Positions 52,768-62,902 of a DNA stretch of 64,000 bases are shown here, piece after piece; position 1 is the stretch's first letter, and each line of letters opens with the position of its first letter. A program made the translations under genes and the position numbers. This DNA comes from Waterburya sp. (GTDB lineage: Bacteria; Cyanobacteriota; Cyanobacteriia; Cyanobacteriales; Xenococcaceae), in the NCBI GenBank assembly GCA_965217895.1, contig CBDCJV010000002.1, positions 1,536,001 to 1,600,000 of the forward strand, read 5' to 3'. Below the pieces are notes generated by a model. The model was not told where the DNA came from. It did no database searches and saw only the letters and a program-made list of their open reading frames with translations.

Positions 52768-53457
52768 TTACAGAAGAAATTCAATTTTTTCTTGAGCCTG
52801 ACGATGTAATTTCCCTGCAATTCTAAATATTTCTTGACCTGTATGTAAATACTGATCGTTATAGTTCATAGTGAAACACTTTAATTCTTTGATACCGTCA
52901 CCGATCTGGTTCAGACAATAGTAAAGATTAGCTGCTACTGCTGCTACTTGAGGCGGATTTGGCTGAGAGGCTTGCTTTTGCTGTGCTTGTTCCCAATAAT
53001 CGTTGCAGGTATCTAAGTAAGTCTCAAAATCTCCCATTAATATGTCATCAAAAGGATCTGCTGCTAACTTTTCGATTTCTATCTTTAGAGGATGAAGAAT
53101 CTTGGCTACCAAATAATCAATAGGAAGATAAACTTCTCTCAACCATTGCTGATAGCTGATTTCTGGACGACCAGCTGCTTTATGTCGGCGATACTGTTGT
53201 TGTGCTGCTGCATTTCTTGCCTGTCGGTCAGCAAAAAAGTCGTTAGTTTGACCAAGTTGTTGCTGTCGATCGTATAAGCGTCGGCTACGGCGATCGCCTA
53301 GTATTTCATAAGCAGCATTAAGAGCAATAATTCTGTCACAGTCTTGGTTTTCTGATTGGCTATCGGGATGAAACTGCTTGGCTAAACGACGATATGCCAG
53401 CTTAATTTCTTGCTGGGTGGCTTTGGAGTTAAGTTGGAGTGTTTGATAATGATTCAC
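52768..53457 (-). CDS. DnaJ (J-domain) protein
   Basis: HY.TL, IK.AYRRLA..FHPD, LN.AYEIL. Confidence 0.92.
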   Translation of the reverse strand: MNHYQTLQLNSKATQQEIKLAYRRLAKQFHPDSQSENQDCDRIIALNAAYEILGDRRSRRLYDRQQQLGQTNDFFADRQARNAAAQQQYRRHKAAGRPEISYQQWLREVYLPIDYLVAKILHPLKIEIEKLAADPFDDILMGDFETYLDTCNDYWEQAQQKQASQPNPPQVAAVAANLYYCLNQIGDGIKELKCFTMNYNDQYLHTGQEIFRIAGKLHRQAQEKIEFLL

Positions 53458-53550
53458 GACTCGAAATTGATTTATACGTGCTTGATCCTAAATGTTGGAG
53501 AATAAAGAAAACTATAAGAAGCTTAGAGCTTAAAGCTGATAGCTAATAGC

Positions 53551-54504
53551 TTAATTAAATACAGGCTGTTCTAAATCAGCAAACAAAGGAGTACTAAGAT
53601 AACGTTCACCAAAGCTAGGCTGGATCATCACAATTAGTTTATCTTTGTTTTCAGGTCTTCGCGCTACTTTAACTGCTGCTGCTAGGGCTGCACCAGTGGA
53701 AATGCCTGATAACAATCCTTCTTCACGAGCCAAACGACGACCAAAATCAATTGTCTCATCGTCTGTAACCGTTATAACCTCATCAATTAAATCTAGTTTT
53801 AGCACTTCTGGGATAAACCCTGCGCCAATGCCCTGTATTTTGTGTGAACCTGGATTTCCTCCTGAAAGTACAGGGCTGCCTGTTGGTTCAACGGCGATCG
53901 CTTTTAGTTCGGGCCTATATCTTTTGAGAAGTTCTGCTATGCCTGTGATTGTTCCACCTGTACCAACTCCCGCCACGATTATATCCACCTTTCCATCTGT
54001 ATCCGCCCAGATTTCTTTGGCAGTGCTGCTTTTATGAACCTCAGGATTAGCAGGATTATTAAACTGTTGCAACATATAAGCATCAGCAAGACTATCACTT
54101 ATTTCCTGTGCTTTTCTAATACAGCCTCCCATTCCTTCAGTACCAGGGGTTAGTTCGAGCTGTGCGCCATAGGCTTTTAACATTGCCCGTCTTTCTTTGC
54201 TCATAGTTTCGGGCATAGTCAGAATTAGCTTGTATCCTTTAGCAGCAGCAGCCATGGCTAGGGCAATTCCTGTATTCCCAGATGTGGGTTCAACTAATAT
54301 TGTTTTGCCAGGAGTGATTGTCCCTGTAGCTTCAGCAGCATTGATCATATTGACCCCTATACGGTCTTTTACCGATGCTGCGGGGTTCATTCCCTCTAGC
54401 TTGACCACTATTTGAGCGACGCACCCTTCTGCTTGGGGAATACGATTAAGTTTTACTAAAGGAGTGTTACCAATCAACTCCGTAACGTCGTTCGCAATTT
54501 TCAT
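53551..54504 (-). CDS. cysK: Cysteine synthase A
   Basis: [32 protein letters not shown]. Confidence 0.97.
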   Translation of the reverse strand: MKIANDVTELIGNTPLVKLNRIPQAEGCVAQIVVKLEGMNPAASVKDRIGVNMINAAEATGTITPGKTILVEPTSGNTGIALAMAAAAKGYKLILTMPETMSKERRAMLKAYGAQLELTPGTEGMGGCIRKAQEISDSLADAYMLQQFNNPANPEVHKSSTAKEIWADTDGKVDIIVAGVGTGGTITGIAELLKRYRPELKAIAVEPTGSPVLSGGNPGSHKIQGIGAGFIPEVLKLDLIDEVITVTDDETIDFGRRLAREEGLLSGISTGAALAAAVKVARRPENKDKLIVMIQPSFGERYLSTPLFADLEQPVFN

Positions 54505-54772
54505 GGGCGGGTAGCGAGGTAAAAATTAAAATTCTCTCTAATCTCTATTGTTACAAATTTCGTCAGTTAATTTATAAAAAAGCATTCTTCTAGTAACTTT
54601 CAGTAACCTTAAATAAAGTTCTTAAGGATTAATCTCATAATCTAATTTTAAGCAAACAAAATACATTAGCATAGCTTACAGTTTGTCCTCAAGAAAACAT
54701 GATATCTTATTAGCTAAATAGATGAATTTTTGTTACACTCGTTACAAAACCTCACACCCCTAAAAATAAATT

Positions 54773-55468
54773 ATGACTAATAAAAAAACTGTTATTTCTC
54801 CTTCAATTTTATCGGCAGATTTTAGCCGTTTAGGCGCAGAAATCGAAGCTGTAGACAAAGCTGGTGCAGACTGGATTCATATTGATGTTATGGACGGTAG
54901 ATTTGTACCTAACATTACTATTGGTCCAATGATTGTTAAAGCGGTTCGTCCTCACACTAAAAAGCCTTTGGACGTACATTTAATGATTGTTGAACCAGAA
55001 AAGTATGTCGAAGATTTTGCGAAAGCTGGTGCAGATATTATTTCCGTTCATGCAGAACACAACGCTTCGCCTCACCTACATCGCACGTTAGGACAAATTC
55101 GCGAACTAGGTAAGCAGGCAGGGGTAGTGTTAAATCCTGGAACTCCTTTGTCTTTTATTGAATATGTTCTTCCTCTTTGTGATTTAGTCTTAATCATGAG
55201 CGTCAATCCTGGTTTTGGTGGTCAAAGCTTTATTGAAGGAATGGTAGACAAAGTAGCCAGATTACGTCAAATGTGCGATGAAAAAGGCTTAGATCCTTGG
55301 ATCGAAGTTGACGGTGGACTAAAGCCTAATAATGCTTGGCAGGTTCTAGAAGCTGGTGCTAATGCGATTGTGGCAGGTTCTGCTGTATTTAAAACTCCTG
55401 ACTATGCTGAGGCTATCGAAGGTATTCGCAATAGTAAGCGTTCTCAGCCTGAATTTGCTACTGCTTAA
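54773..55468 (+). CDS. rpe: Ribulose-phosphate 3-epimerase
   Basis: [36 protein letters not shown]. Confidence 0.98.
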   Translation: MTNKKTVISPSILSADFSRLGAEIEAVDKAGADWIHIDVMDGRFVPNITIGPMIVKAVRPHTKKPLDVHLMIVEPEKYVEDFAKAGADIISVHAEHNASPHLHRTLGQIRELGKQAGVVLNPGTPLSFIEYVLPLCDLVLIMSVNPGFGGQSFIEGMVDKVARLRQMCDEKGLDPWIEVDGGLKPNNAWQVLEAGANAIVAGSAVFKTPDYAEAIEGIRNSKRSQPEFATA

Positions 55469-55489
55469 ATATTAAGTAAGTCGATCGAC

Positions 55490-55534
55490 AGAGGTTCACT
55501 ATTACTATTAAGACAAAAATGAACCTCTCTTTTT
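55490..55534 (+). terminator. Probable terminator after rpe
   Basis: AGAGGTTCA...TGAACCTCT-CTTTTT (long loop). Confidence 0.6.
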
Positions 55535-55583
55535 GGCGATCGCCTTAACCTCGGCGGATATCGTCCATTGATAAGCAAATTTA

Positions 55584-56009
55584 ATGAGCAAAGTTGTCAT
55601 TGGGGTTATGGGTGCAGGGAATACAGCCACTCCACAAGATCTTGAACTAGCTTATCAGTTAGGTAAATCAGTTGCTAAACAAGGTTGGGTGCTGCTTACT
55701 GGAGGGAGAAAAGCAGGGGTAATGGATGCAGCAAGCCGCGGTGCAAAAGCTGCTGGGGGATTAGTAGTAGGAATTTTGCCGAGTAACAATACTTTAGGAA
55801 TGTCGGAGGCTGTAGATATTCCTATTGTCACGGATTTAGGTAATGGACGAAATAATATTAATGTCTTGTCTTCTAACGTCGTAATTGTCTGTGGTATGGG
55901 TTTAGGAACTGCATCAGAAGTAGCCTTGGCTTTAAAAAACCTTAAGCCAGTAATTTTATTAAGTCGAAATGAATTAGCCTATCAGTTTTTTGCTAAATTT
56001 ATGAACTGA
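55584..56009 (+). CDS. LOG/TIGR00725 family protein, probably C-terminally truncated
   Basis: IGVMG, LLTGG..GVM.AA..GA, G..RN.INVLSS, GT.SE..LA. Ends abruptly, overlapping the convergent gene. Confidence 0.85.
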   Translation: MSKVVIGVMGAGNTATPQDLELAYQLGKSVAKQGWVLLTGGRKAGVMDAASRGAKAAGGLVVGILPSNNTLGMSEAVDIPIVTDLGNGRNNINVLSSNVVIVCGMGLGTASEVALALKNLKPVILLSRNELAYQFFAKFMN

Positions 56010-56622
56010 TATCTAAAGTTATACCTTTTTTAACTTTTTCTTTTCCCACTCTACTGAGTATAGTAGGAGTTTCATAATTCCCGAACCATTTACCACCTCC
56101 ATCAATCATACGCTTGTCTCGCGCTTCAACAAGTTCGATTATCGAAAAAACTTCAAAATCGATAATGCGCGGAATAGCAGCATTAGATTGTTGGTCATCT
56201 GTTTCCATTTGATAAGCAATTAATAGAAGAACATCAAGTGCGGGATTAACGTTTTTTACAGTAACTTTTTGAGTAAGACGAGCAGATGGCTCTCTAGGGG
56301 TGGGAGGTTTCTTCATTTCGAGATTGGGATTGTCCACGTATAAAAGCTTTAGTTCTACTCTTTTGCCTGAAGAGTGTTCGTAATCAGGATATCCTTCTCG
56401 TTCACCCAAAATTCCCCTATGCTTTTCCAATCCTAATCCTTTAATACTAAGATGAGGAATAAGCGCATCCATTAAAGCACCAACAATTGTACCTATCTGA
56501 GATGGCTCAAAAGCTTTAATTGCAACTTTCGGTAATCTAAGACTGCGGAAACTTTGCCCTATGAGTGGCTCAAATTGTTTTTTCAACTCTACCAACTCAT
56601 TATCAGAAATACGACTACTCAC
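55999..56622 (-). CDS. PD-(D/E)XK restriction-endonuclease-like protein, possibly truncated
   Basis: GYPDY-X7-VELK catalytic-type motif; coupled (8-nt overlap) to the upstream XRE gene. Confidence 0.65.
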   Translation of the reverse strand: MSSRISDNELVELKKQFEPLIGQSFRSLRLPKVAIKAFEPSQIGTIVGALMDALIPHLSIKGLGLEKHRGILGEREGYPDYEHSSGKRVELKLLYVDNPNLEMKKPPTPREPSARLTQKVTVKNVNPALDVLLLIAYQMETDDQQSNAAIPRIIDFEVFSIIELVEARDKRMIDGGGKWFGNYETPTILSRVGKEKVKKGITLDISS

Positions 56623-56878
56623 ACTTATCTTCTTCTTTTTGAAATTGTTTGCTGATTTCAGGAGGAAGAATATTCTCTAAGCTAATTCCCAAGGCTATAC
56701 ACCATCTAAGAGCTTCAATTACATCAATTCGCCTTTCACAAGTTTCTACTTTGGAGATAAAAGTCTGAGCTTTGCCTAATTTCTCTCCAAGTTGACGTTG
56801 AGATAACTTTTGATTTTTTCTTGCGCTGCGAAGACGGGCAATAAACTCAATATACAAAGGATCGTGCGCTCCAGACAT
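56615..56878 (-). CDS. XRE family HTH regulator (controller/C-protein-like)
   Basis: RL..AR....LSQ.QL...LGK.Q.FISKVE.CERRIDV.E. Confidence 0.92.
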   Translation of the reverse strand: MSGAHDPLYIEFIARLRSARKNQKLSQRQLGEKLGKAQTFISKVETCERRIDVIEALRWCIALGISLENILPPEISKQFQKEEDKCE

Positions 56879-56993
56879 AATCTAAAATATGCCTATTTGG
56901 GGTAAGACTAGAGAATTCGAGATAAGTGAAAGTTTCTTAAAATTCCGTCTTCAAGAAAAAATTAATTTTTAATATTTGTATTAAAGCATAGCA

Positions 56994-57656
56994 ATGGCAT
57001 TAATTTCGATTATATCCAACAAGCATTTGGTATCACCATTAATTCTAGCTCCAGAACGATATGACCCCCGAAGAAAACTTGAGATAAATAGGGAAGAAAT
57101 TATTGAACTTGGCGAAATTACTGTTTCTATTCGAGAGATGATTAAACCTTCAGACGACTTAGAAAAATGCTTAGTAATAGACACATCAGATGCAAGAGAA
57201 GGCATAATTATTGCCCGAAAGAAATTTGTTATAGGAAAAAAAATTGGTAGCACTAAAAAGAAGGTAACAAATGGTGATGTAATTGTCTCTAGGCTCAGAC
57301 CATACTTGCGCCAAGTAGCTTTTATAGATGAAGATATACCTAATACTAAAGATGTTCAAATATTGTGTTCCACAGAATTTTTTATTCTACGATCAATTGA
57401 CAATCAATCGATAGCATTTTTAGTTCCATTTATTCTCTCAGAAAAAGTTCAAAAAGTTCTAGCTGTTTCACAGGAAGGAGGTCATCATCCAAGATTTATT
57501 GAATCAACACTTCTTACTCTCCCCGTTCCTAAAAAGTTGCTTTCCCAGCGTGATGAAATATCTAAAATAGTTGTGTCAGGCATAAAATCATATCGTTTTT
57601 CGGAAAATGCTATACAAAATTCAATTGAGAAATCAGATCGAGCTTTTGAAAGCTAA
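56994..57656 (+). CDS. HsdS-like (restriction specificity subunit) single-TRD protein
   Basis: GDVIVSRLRPYLRQVA, CSTEFFILR, G.HPR.....L..L..P: type I S-subunit TRD/conserved-region motifs. Confidence 0.75.
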   Translation: MALISIISNKHLVSPLILAPERYDPRRKLEINREEIIELGEITVSIREMIKPSDDLEKCLVIDTSDAREGIIIARKKFVIGKKIGSTKKKVTNGDVIVSRLRPYLRQVAFIDEDIPNTKDVQILCSTEFFILRSIDNQSIAFLVPFILSEKVQKVLAVSQEGGHHPRFIESTLLTLPVPKKLLSQRDEISKIVVSGIKSYRFSENAIQNSIEKSDRAFES

Positions 57657-57683
57657 TAGAGATAAGTAAAAAGAAGAGACAAG

Positions 57684-57948
57684 ATGGATAAACTTAAGTA
57701 TCAAATGATTATTCAGTGGAGTGATGAGGATAGTTGTTTTTTAGTTGCTTTACCAGATTTTCGCGAGTGACCCCGCGTCGTCCGAAGGCGCAAGGGAATG
57801 CGCTCGTGAAGGGCAACATTGGCGCACTCATGGGGATACTTATGAGGAAGCGGTAGTTAATGGCAAGGAAGCTTTAGAATCTTTGATTGTTTTTTATGAA
57901 GCCGATGGCGAACCTTTACCAAAACCTACCATTGCTACCGCTGCTTGA
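57684..57948 (+). pseudogene. hicB: HicB family antitoxin interrupted by a 46-nt insertion
   Basis: 5' frame MDKLKYQMIIQWSDEDSCFLVALPDF, then TGA. 3' part EGQHWRTHGDTYEEAV.NGKEALE...PLPKP is in the +1 frame. Confidence 0.85.
57762..57807. mobile_element. GC-rich hairpin insertion (small dispersed repeat-like)
   Basis: CGCGAGTGACCCCGCGTCGTCCGAAGGCGCAAGGGAATGCGCTCGT; removing it restores the hicB frame. Confidence 0.75.
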
Positions 57949-58010
57949 GATTTAAAGGTTATCTCGCAATATGTTGAGAAAGACCAATTGCTTCTTACTT
58001 AAATTGGATA

Positions 58011-61000
58011 CTAAACAAATTCCGCATCATTTATTTCAGTCTTAGGTGTGAACTGAAGATAGAGACAGGGAACGATGATTAATGCCGTCAAGGTAGCAGC
58101 AATCAAGCCAAAAATAATGGCACTACTCAAGGGCATCCAAGAAGGATCGCTTAGTGCCAGAGGAATCAACCCGACGATAGTAGTAATACTGGTGGTTAGA
58201 ATGGGTCTAAGGCGATCGCTCACCCCAAAAGCAGCAGCCTCACGAACTTTCATTCCTTCTTTTTGATAGGCGTTCATGGTATCTACCATAACGATCGCAT
58301 CATTAACGACAATACCGACTAGGGCGATGATGCCGATAAATGCGGAGAAGGAGAAGGGAATCCAAGCCAGGAAGAAACCGCCCATCGTACCTATGAGTGC
58401 TAGAGGAATTGCCAACAGGATAATAAACGGCTGTCGGAATGAGCCAAGCTGTAGGACTAAGACAGCAAATACCAGGAAGATTGCCAAACCCAGTGCCTGA
58501 CCAGCCGAACCAAAGGTTTCAGCTTGTTCTGCTGTTTCCCCGCCAAAGCTATAGGTATAGCCAGAAGACCAGTTTTGCTGCATCTGTTTTAGCTGGGGTT
58601 CTAAATCGGCGAGAATTTCTCCTACGGTACGATTGACATTCTTTGACAAAACGGTAACGGTACGTTTGCCCCCACGGTGAGTTATAGAAAGCGGTGCTTG
58701 GTCTTGAACTGTATTGACTAACGAACCCGCAGGAATTATTTCTTCATCATTGTTAAAGAAGCGGATTAGTCTTAGCTCATCTCGTTGAGTAGGACCGCCG
58801 ACAGCACCATTACGCGATCGCCATGCGGTACTAAGCTTGATATCTAAGTCTTCCTGGTTGCCACCGAGGTTAAAGCTGCCTACTTCAGTAGCAGTCATAT
58901 AGTAGCGTGCCTGATTTGTTAGTTCTTCTTCAGTGATGCCATAGAAGTCTAGTGCTTCGCGTTTGGGTAATAGTTTTAAATCGGGCTGTAAGTCGCCTAA
59001 ATTATCGCGCACGTCGCTAGTGCCTGGAATCTGTCTCAAAGCCTGTTGTACTTGGTCAGATATGCTTCGTAGCTCGTTCATGTCACTACCTGCAATCTCA
59101 ATCTGAATTGGTTCGCCACTACCTGTAGAACTTTCAGAATTTAAGACCAAAGATGCCCCTGGATAGTTAGCTAGAACTGGGGTTAATTCGTTTCTAATTT
59201 CATCTAGATATTCGTAGGATAAGCGATCGCGTTCTTCTTCAGGAGTAAATACCACGGAAAAGCCAAGTAAATAACTGCCTTGATTGGGCTGTAGCTCTCC
59301 CGAACCAACCAGATTACTCTTTTGCCCGACATATTTGGTAACGCTGGTAAAAAAGTCTTTTTCTTGTAAAATACTGCCCAGTTCATCGGCTATCTGTTGG
59401 GATTTAACTAAGGTCGTAGTTGGGGGCATTTCTACGTTAATACTCAGCTTACGTCCATCCTGTTCGGGGAAAAAGGTTGTGGGAATTTGGGTAAATGCTA
59501 ATATCGCGACAACAAATAGAGCCAAAGCTCCCAAACTCCAGGCACGAGCCGTAGCTTTGTTACGGACTGTATAGTTTAAACTCCAGCGCGCAAAACGTTG
59601 GGATGCCGTTTCACTCAGGCGATCGATCTTGGATGGTTGATGATTACCCTTAACTTTTGCTAATAAGAAACGAGATAGGGGAATATCAATCAACAGGGCA
59701 ATGACAAAGCTTAAAATCAAACAGACGATCGCCGTAATTGGTAAGACGCGGATAAACTTACCCATTGTCCCGCCAATTGCCATCAAGGGAGTCATGGCTA
59801 AGATGGTGGTCAATTGTCCCGCAAAGGCTGCTGCTGCATAGGTGCGGACTGTTTTAAGTGCTGCTTGGTTAAAGGAAAGTCCAGATACAAAGATTGCTTC
59901 GTGCATCCCTTCCATCATCAGGATAAAGACATCAACTAAGATACCCAGTGCTAACACCATGCCAATTAGCACCATGTTATTTAAGGTTTGTCCGAGCAAC
60001 CACAGTACTGCTAACGTTCCCAAAAAGGTTAGGGGTATCGAGAGTCCAGCAATTAAGGCTTCACGCCAAGATAAGGCAATAAAGAGAATTACAAACACCG
60101 CTACCATTGCCTGTAGGGAATTGACAAACAGACTGCCAAGCTGATCCCAAATAATCTCTGAATCATCGGCAATGACCTGATATTCCAAACCGTAAGCCCA
60201 GTCATCAGGATTGGTTTTAGCTGCTTCAATCTCAGCGATCGCTTTTTCAATCACTTTAATTGAATCCTGTCCTGGTACTTTTTTGATTGCCACACTGACT
60301 ACAGGTTTATAGGCTTCTCCTTCCCAGCTAATAAATGCCCTGGTGTCTTCCTGTTCTAGTTCCTGACGGACTTGAGCAATTTCTCCTAAGCGAATTACCC
60401 GCCCATCTAAACGAGTTATGGGTAACTGCTCTAGCTCCTTGAGACTGCGGAATCGACCAAAAAACCTAACCTGAGTACCAATGGTGCTGCTTTCAATTTC
60501 ATCAAGGGGAGCATCACGGTTAGCAGTGCGAAGGCGATTAGCTACGGTAGTGGGTGAAATACCTAGAGATGCCAAACGACTCGGGTTTAGCTGGATTTGA
60601 ACCACGCGATCGCGACTCCCTCCCAATGTTACCTCTGTTACCCCAGCAACGCCTTCTAAACGATCCTGTAACCGCTCTGCTGACTGGTTGAGAACCGCTA
60701 GATCTAAATCGCCAAATAAAGCCACCGTTAAAATCGGCGCATCAGTTACCGAAACCTGCTGCACTACTGGCTGCTCTGCTTCTCTGGGTATTTCCGATTC
60801 GGCTTTGGATACCGCATCTCGTAAAAGCTGAATCGAGCGATTAACATCGGCATTGGAGTTAAATTCAACGCTAATCTGTGAATAACCGCTATAGGAAGCA
60901 CTTTTGAGAGTTTTCACTCCTTCGACGGATTTAATTTCTTTTTCCAGTTCGTTTGTTACCTGCTGTTCGATAGTTTCGGGGTCAGCACCACCCCAGGTAG

Positions 61001-61226
61001 TAGTTACGCTTGCTGTAGCAATATTTATATCGGGATTGGACTCTTTGACCATCGAGCCATAAGCCAGTAGTCCACCTACTACTAATAAAAGAGTTAATAA
61101 AATTCCAAATACGGTGCGGAGAAAGAAAAATCGGGCAAAGGGTGAGGCTTTGATAATTTTTGATTGAGGTTCGGGGGAATTAGAATTATGTCGTTCGTTG
61201 TTAGGAGAGGGTTCTATCTGACTCAT
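58011..61226 (-). CDS. RND (AcrB/AcrD/AcrF family) efflux permease
   Basis: GADPETIEQQVT, GGTMGKFI, GIVVNDAIVMVD, RLRPILTT. Confidence 0.95.
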   Translation of the reverse strand: MSQIEPSPNNERHNSNSPEPQSKIIKASPFARFFFLRTVFGILLTLLLVVGGLLAYGSMVKESNPDINIATASVTTTWGGADPETIEQQVTNELEKEIKSVEGVKTLKSASYSGYSQISVEFNSNADVNRSIQLLRDAVSKAESEIPREAEQPVVQQVSVTDAPILTVALFGDLDLAVLNQSAERLQDRLEGVAGVTEVTLGGSRDRVVQIQLNPSRLASLGISPTTVANRLRTANRDAPLDEIESSTIGTQVRFFGRFRSLKELEQLPITRLDGRVIRLGEIAQVRQELEQEDTRAFISWEGEAYKPVVSVAIKKVPGQDSIKVIEKAIAEIEAAKTNPDDWAYGLEYQVIADDSEIIWDQLGSLFVNSLQAMVAVFVILFIALSWREALIAGLSIPLTFLGTLAVLWLLGQTLNNMVLIGMVLALGILVDVFILMMEGMHEAIFVSGLSFNQAALKTVRTYAAAAFAGQLTTILAMTPLMAIGGTMGKFIRVLPITAIVCLILSFVIALLIDIPLSRFLLAKVKGNHQPSKIDRLSETASQRFARWSLNYTVRNKATARAWSLGALALFVVAILAFTQIPTTFFPEQDGRKLSINVEMPPTTTLVKSQQIADELGSILQEKDFFTSVTKYVGQKSNLVGSGELQPNQGSYLLGFSVVFTPEEERDRLSYEYLDEIRNELTPVLANYPGASLVLNSESSTGSGEPIQIEIAGSDMNELRSISDQVQQALRQIPGTSDVRDNLGDLQPDLKLLPKREALDFYGITEEELTNQARYYMTATEVGSFNLGGNQEDLDIKLSTAWRSRNGAVGGPTQRDELRLIRFFNNDEEIIPAGSLVNTVQDQAPLSITHRGGKRTVTVLSKNVNRTVGEILADLEPQLKQMQQNWSSGYTYSFGGETAEQAETFGSAGQALGLAIFLVFAVLVLQLGSFRQPFIILLAIPLALIGTMGGFFLAWIPFSFSAFIGIIALVGIVVNDAIVMVDTMNAYQKEGMKVREAAAFGVSDRLRPILTTSITTIVGLIPLALSDPSWMPLSSAIIFGLIAATLTALIIVPCLYLQFTPKTEINDAEFV

Positions 61227-62809
61227 TACTGTACCTCCCCATTGTTAAACTGATTCTGAGACTGCATAACTTTGACTGTCGCACCATCAACCAAACGGTT
61301 TTGTCCTTCTGTAACTAATAGTTCTCCTGGTGATACCCCTTCAATAATTTCTCGCTGGTTTAGTCCTTCGATGCCTAACTTCACCTGACGTTGTTCGACT
61401 TTGCCCGTTTCAGGATTAGCCACGAATACATAAGGATTGCGATCGCGAAACACTACCCCGTTGAGAGGAACTACCACCGCGTTATCTTTTTGCGCCACGG
61501 CAATCCAGAGAGTAACGTTAGATCCATGCAGTAGATTACCCGTGCCGATAGTCATTCTGGAGGTAACTTGAATTGCTCTGCCTCCAGGACTGACAGCAGG
61601 GTTAACCGCAAAGACTTTACCCTTAGTTTGCGCCGAATCAATTAAATCCTCGTTATCTAAATCGGCTCGAACATTATCATCAGGGGCAATAACTGTAGTT
61701 TGACCAGGGCGCACCTGTTCCCCAACAGAGGAGGAAAGATCGGCAGTAACTTCAAACTGGCTGGGGTCAATCACCACAATTGGCACTCTATCCAACAATC
61801 CTTGGTAATTACTTAATTGAGAAGAAACCGACTGAGTAGAATAGTATTCATTTTCACGGATATTTTTATAAGCGACGATGCCGTCAAAGGGAGCGTAGAG
61901 CTTTGTTCCTTCAAGAGCTATCTGTGCTTGGGCTAGCTGTGCCTGTGCTGTAGCAATTTTGGAATCCGATGCTCTTAGTCGATCTTGTGCAGCCTGTACC
62001 TGAGCATTAGCAGTACCTACCTGGGCTTCTGCTGAAATTATCTGAGCTTCTACCGACTGCACTTGAGCTTCCGCATTTAAAAGATCGTTACGGCGAGAGT
62101 CAATGTCACTGGCAGATAATGCACCCTGGTTAAAGATTTGCTGATAACGATTTAACTCCGACTGTGCCAGATTACGAGCAGCTTTAGCCTGATTCAATTG
62201 TGCCTGCATTTGTCCCACCTGGGCGCGGGCTTGAGCTACCTGAGACTGTGCCTGTGCTACTTCGGCTGCCGTTGCTGCCTTTTGCTCTCGCGCTTCGGTA
62301 ATGCCAGCCTGTGCCTTATTGACATCTGCCTGGAGTTCGCGATCGTCAATTTGTGCTAGGAGTTCACCTTTAGTTACGCGGTCGCCTTCTCTTAAATTAC
62401 GTCCATCGCGATCGGCTATATATGTTACTTCTCCATCCACATCAAAGGCTAAGTGCTTAAAACGAACTGCTCTTACAGTCCCCTCGCTAGCTACCCAGTT
62501 ACGAATCGGACTTTGCAGTGCTGCTACAGTACGGACATTTAGCGGGGCGGTTTTTGTTACTACCGCCTGTTCGCTATTTTTATCCCGAATCCGCATTACC
62601 GAAACTCCTCCAACAGCTAGAACTAAGCCGATTATGGGAATTAGCCACCAGAAGTTTTTAGTTTTCTTAGGTTCGGGCTGTTTATTGGGTTGGTCTATAG
62701 TCGATTCAGTTTCAGCTAAATCGCGATCGCTTGCGTTATCCGTTGAGGGTTCTAAATTGGTGAACCCCTCGGATGGTTCGGGGTTGAATGATGTATTAGA
62801 TAAGGACAT
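61226..62809 (-). CDS. RND efflux periplasmic adaptor
   Basis: N-terminal TM, Q/A-rich coiled coil, APFDG, LVTEGQ.RL.DG; 1-nt overlap with the permease. Confidence 0.93.
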   Translation of the reverse strand: MSLSNTSFNPEPSEGFTNLEPSTDNASDRDLAETESTIDQPNKQPEPKKTKNFWWLIPIIGLVLAVGGVSVMRIRDKNSEQAVVTKTAPLNVRTVAALQSPIRNWVASEGTVRAVRFKHLAFDVDGEVTYIADRDGRNLREGDRVTKGELLAQIDDRELQADVNKAQAGITEAREQKAATAAEVAQAQSQVAQARAQVGQMQAQLNQAKAARNLAQSELNRYQQIFNQGALSASDIDSRRNDLLNAEAQVQSVEAQIISAEAQVGTANAQVQAAQDRLRASDSKIATAQAQLAQAQIALEGTKLYAPFDGIVAYKNIRENEYYSTQSVSSQLSNYQGLLDRVPIVVIDPSQFEVTADLSSSVGEQVRPGQTTVIAPDDNVRADLDNEDLIDSAQTKGKVFAVNPAVSPGGRAIQVTSRMTIGTGNLLHGSNVTLWIAVAQKDNAVVVPLNGVVFRDRNPYVFVANPETGKVEQRQVKLGIEGLNQREIIEGVSPGELLVTEGQNRLVDGATVKVMQSQNQFNNGEVQ

Positions 62810-62902
62810 GAATAAATAAAGGGGATAAAAGAATGGATAGTAAGAATTAAGTAATTAAAAAACACGGGGTTACTAGGTGCTAGAAGTAAACGAGATAGTT
62901 CT

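Noticed and set aside
54732..54749. Possible RpaB HLR1 site upstream of rpe (GTTACA-CTC-GTTACA)
   Set aside because: The repeat period is 9 nt rather than the 10 nt of HLR1; not supportable.
56888..56905. Possible C-box upstream of the XRE gene (TATGCC-TATTT-GGGGTA)
   Set aside because: Only 4 of 6 positions pair and there is no second copy; too weak to call.
57768..57810. TGA plus hairpin as a selenocysteine/readthrough signal in hicB
   Set aside because: The downstream HicB sequence is in a different frame, so readthrough alone cannot restore it.
57745..57948. 67-aa ORF as an independent gene
   Set aside because: It is the frameshifted 3' part of hicB with a spurious TTG start.
62301..62819. 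172-aa antisense ORF in the RND adaptor, and other antisense ORFs in purA, hemL, cysK and the RND genes
   Set aside because: Codon-register shadows of conserved genes, with no independent motifs.
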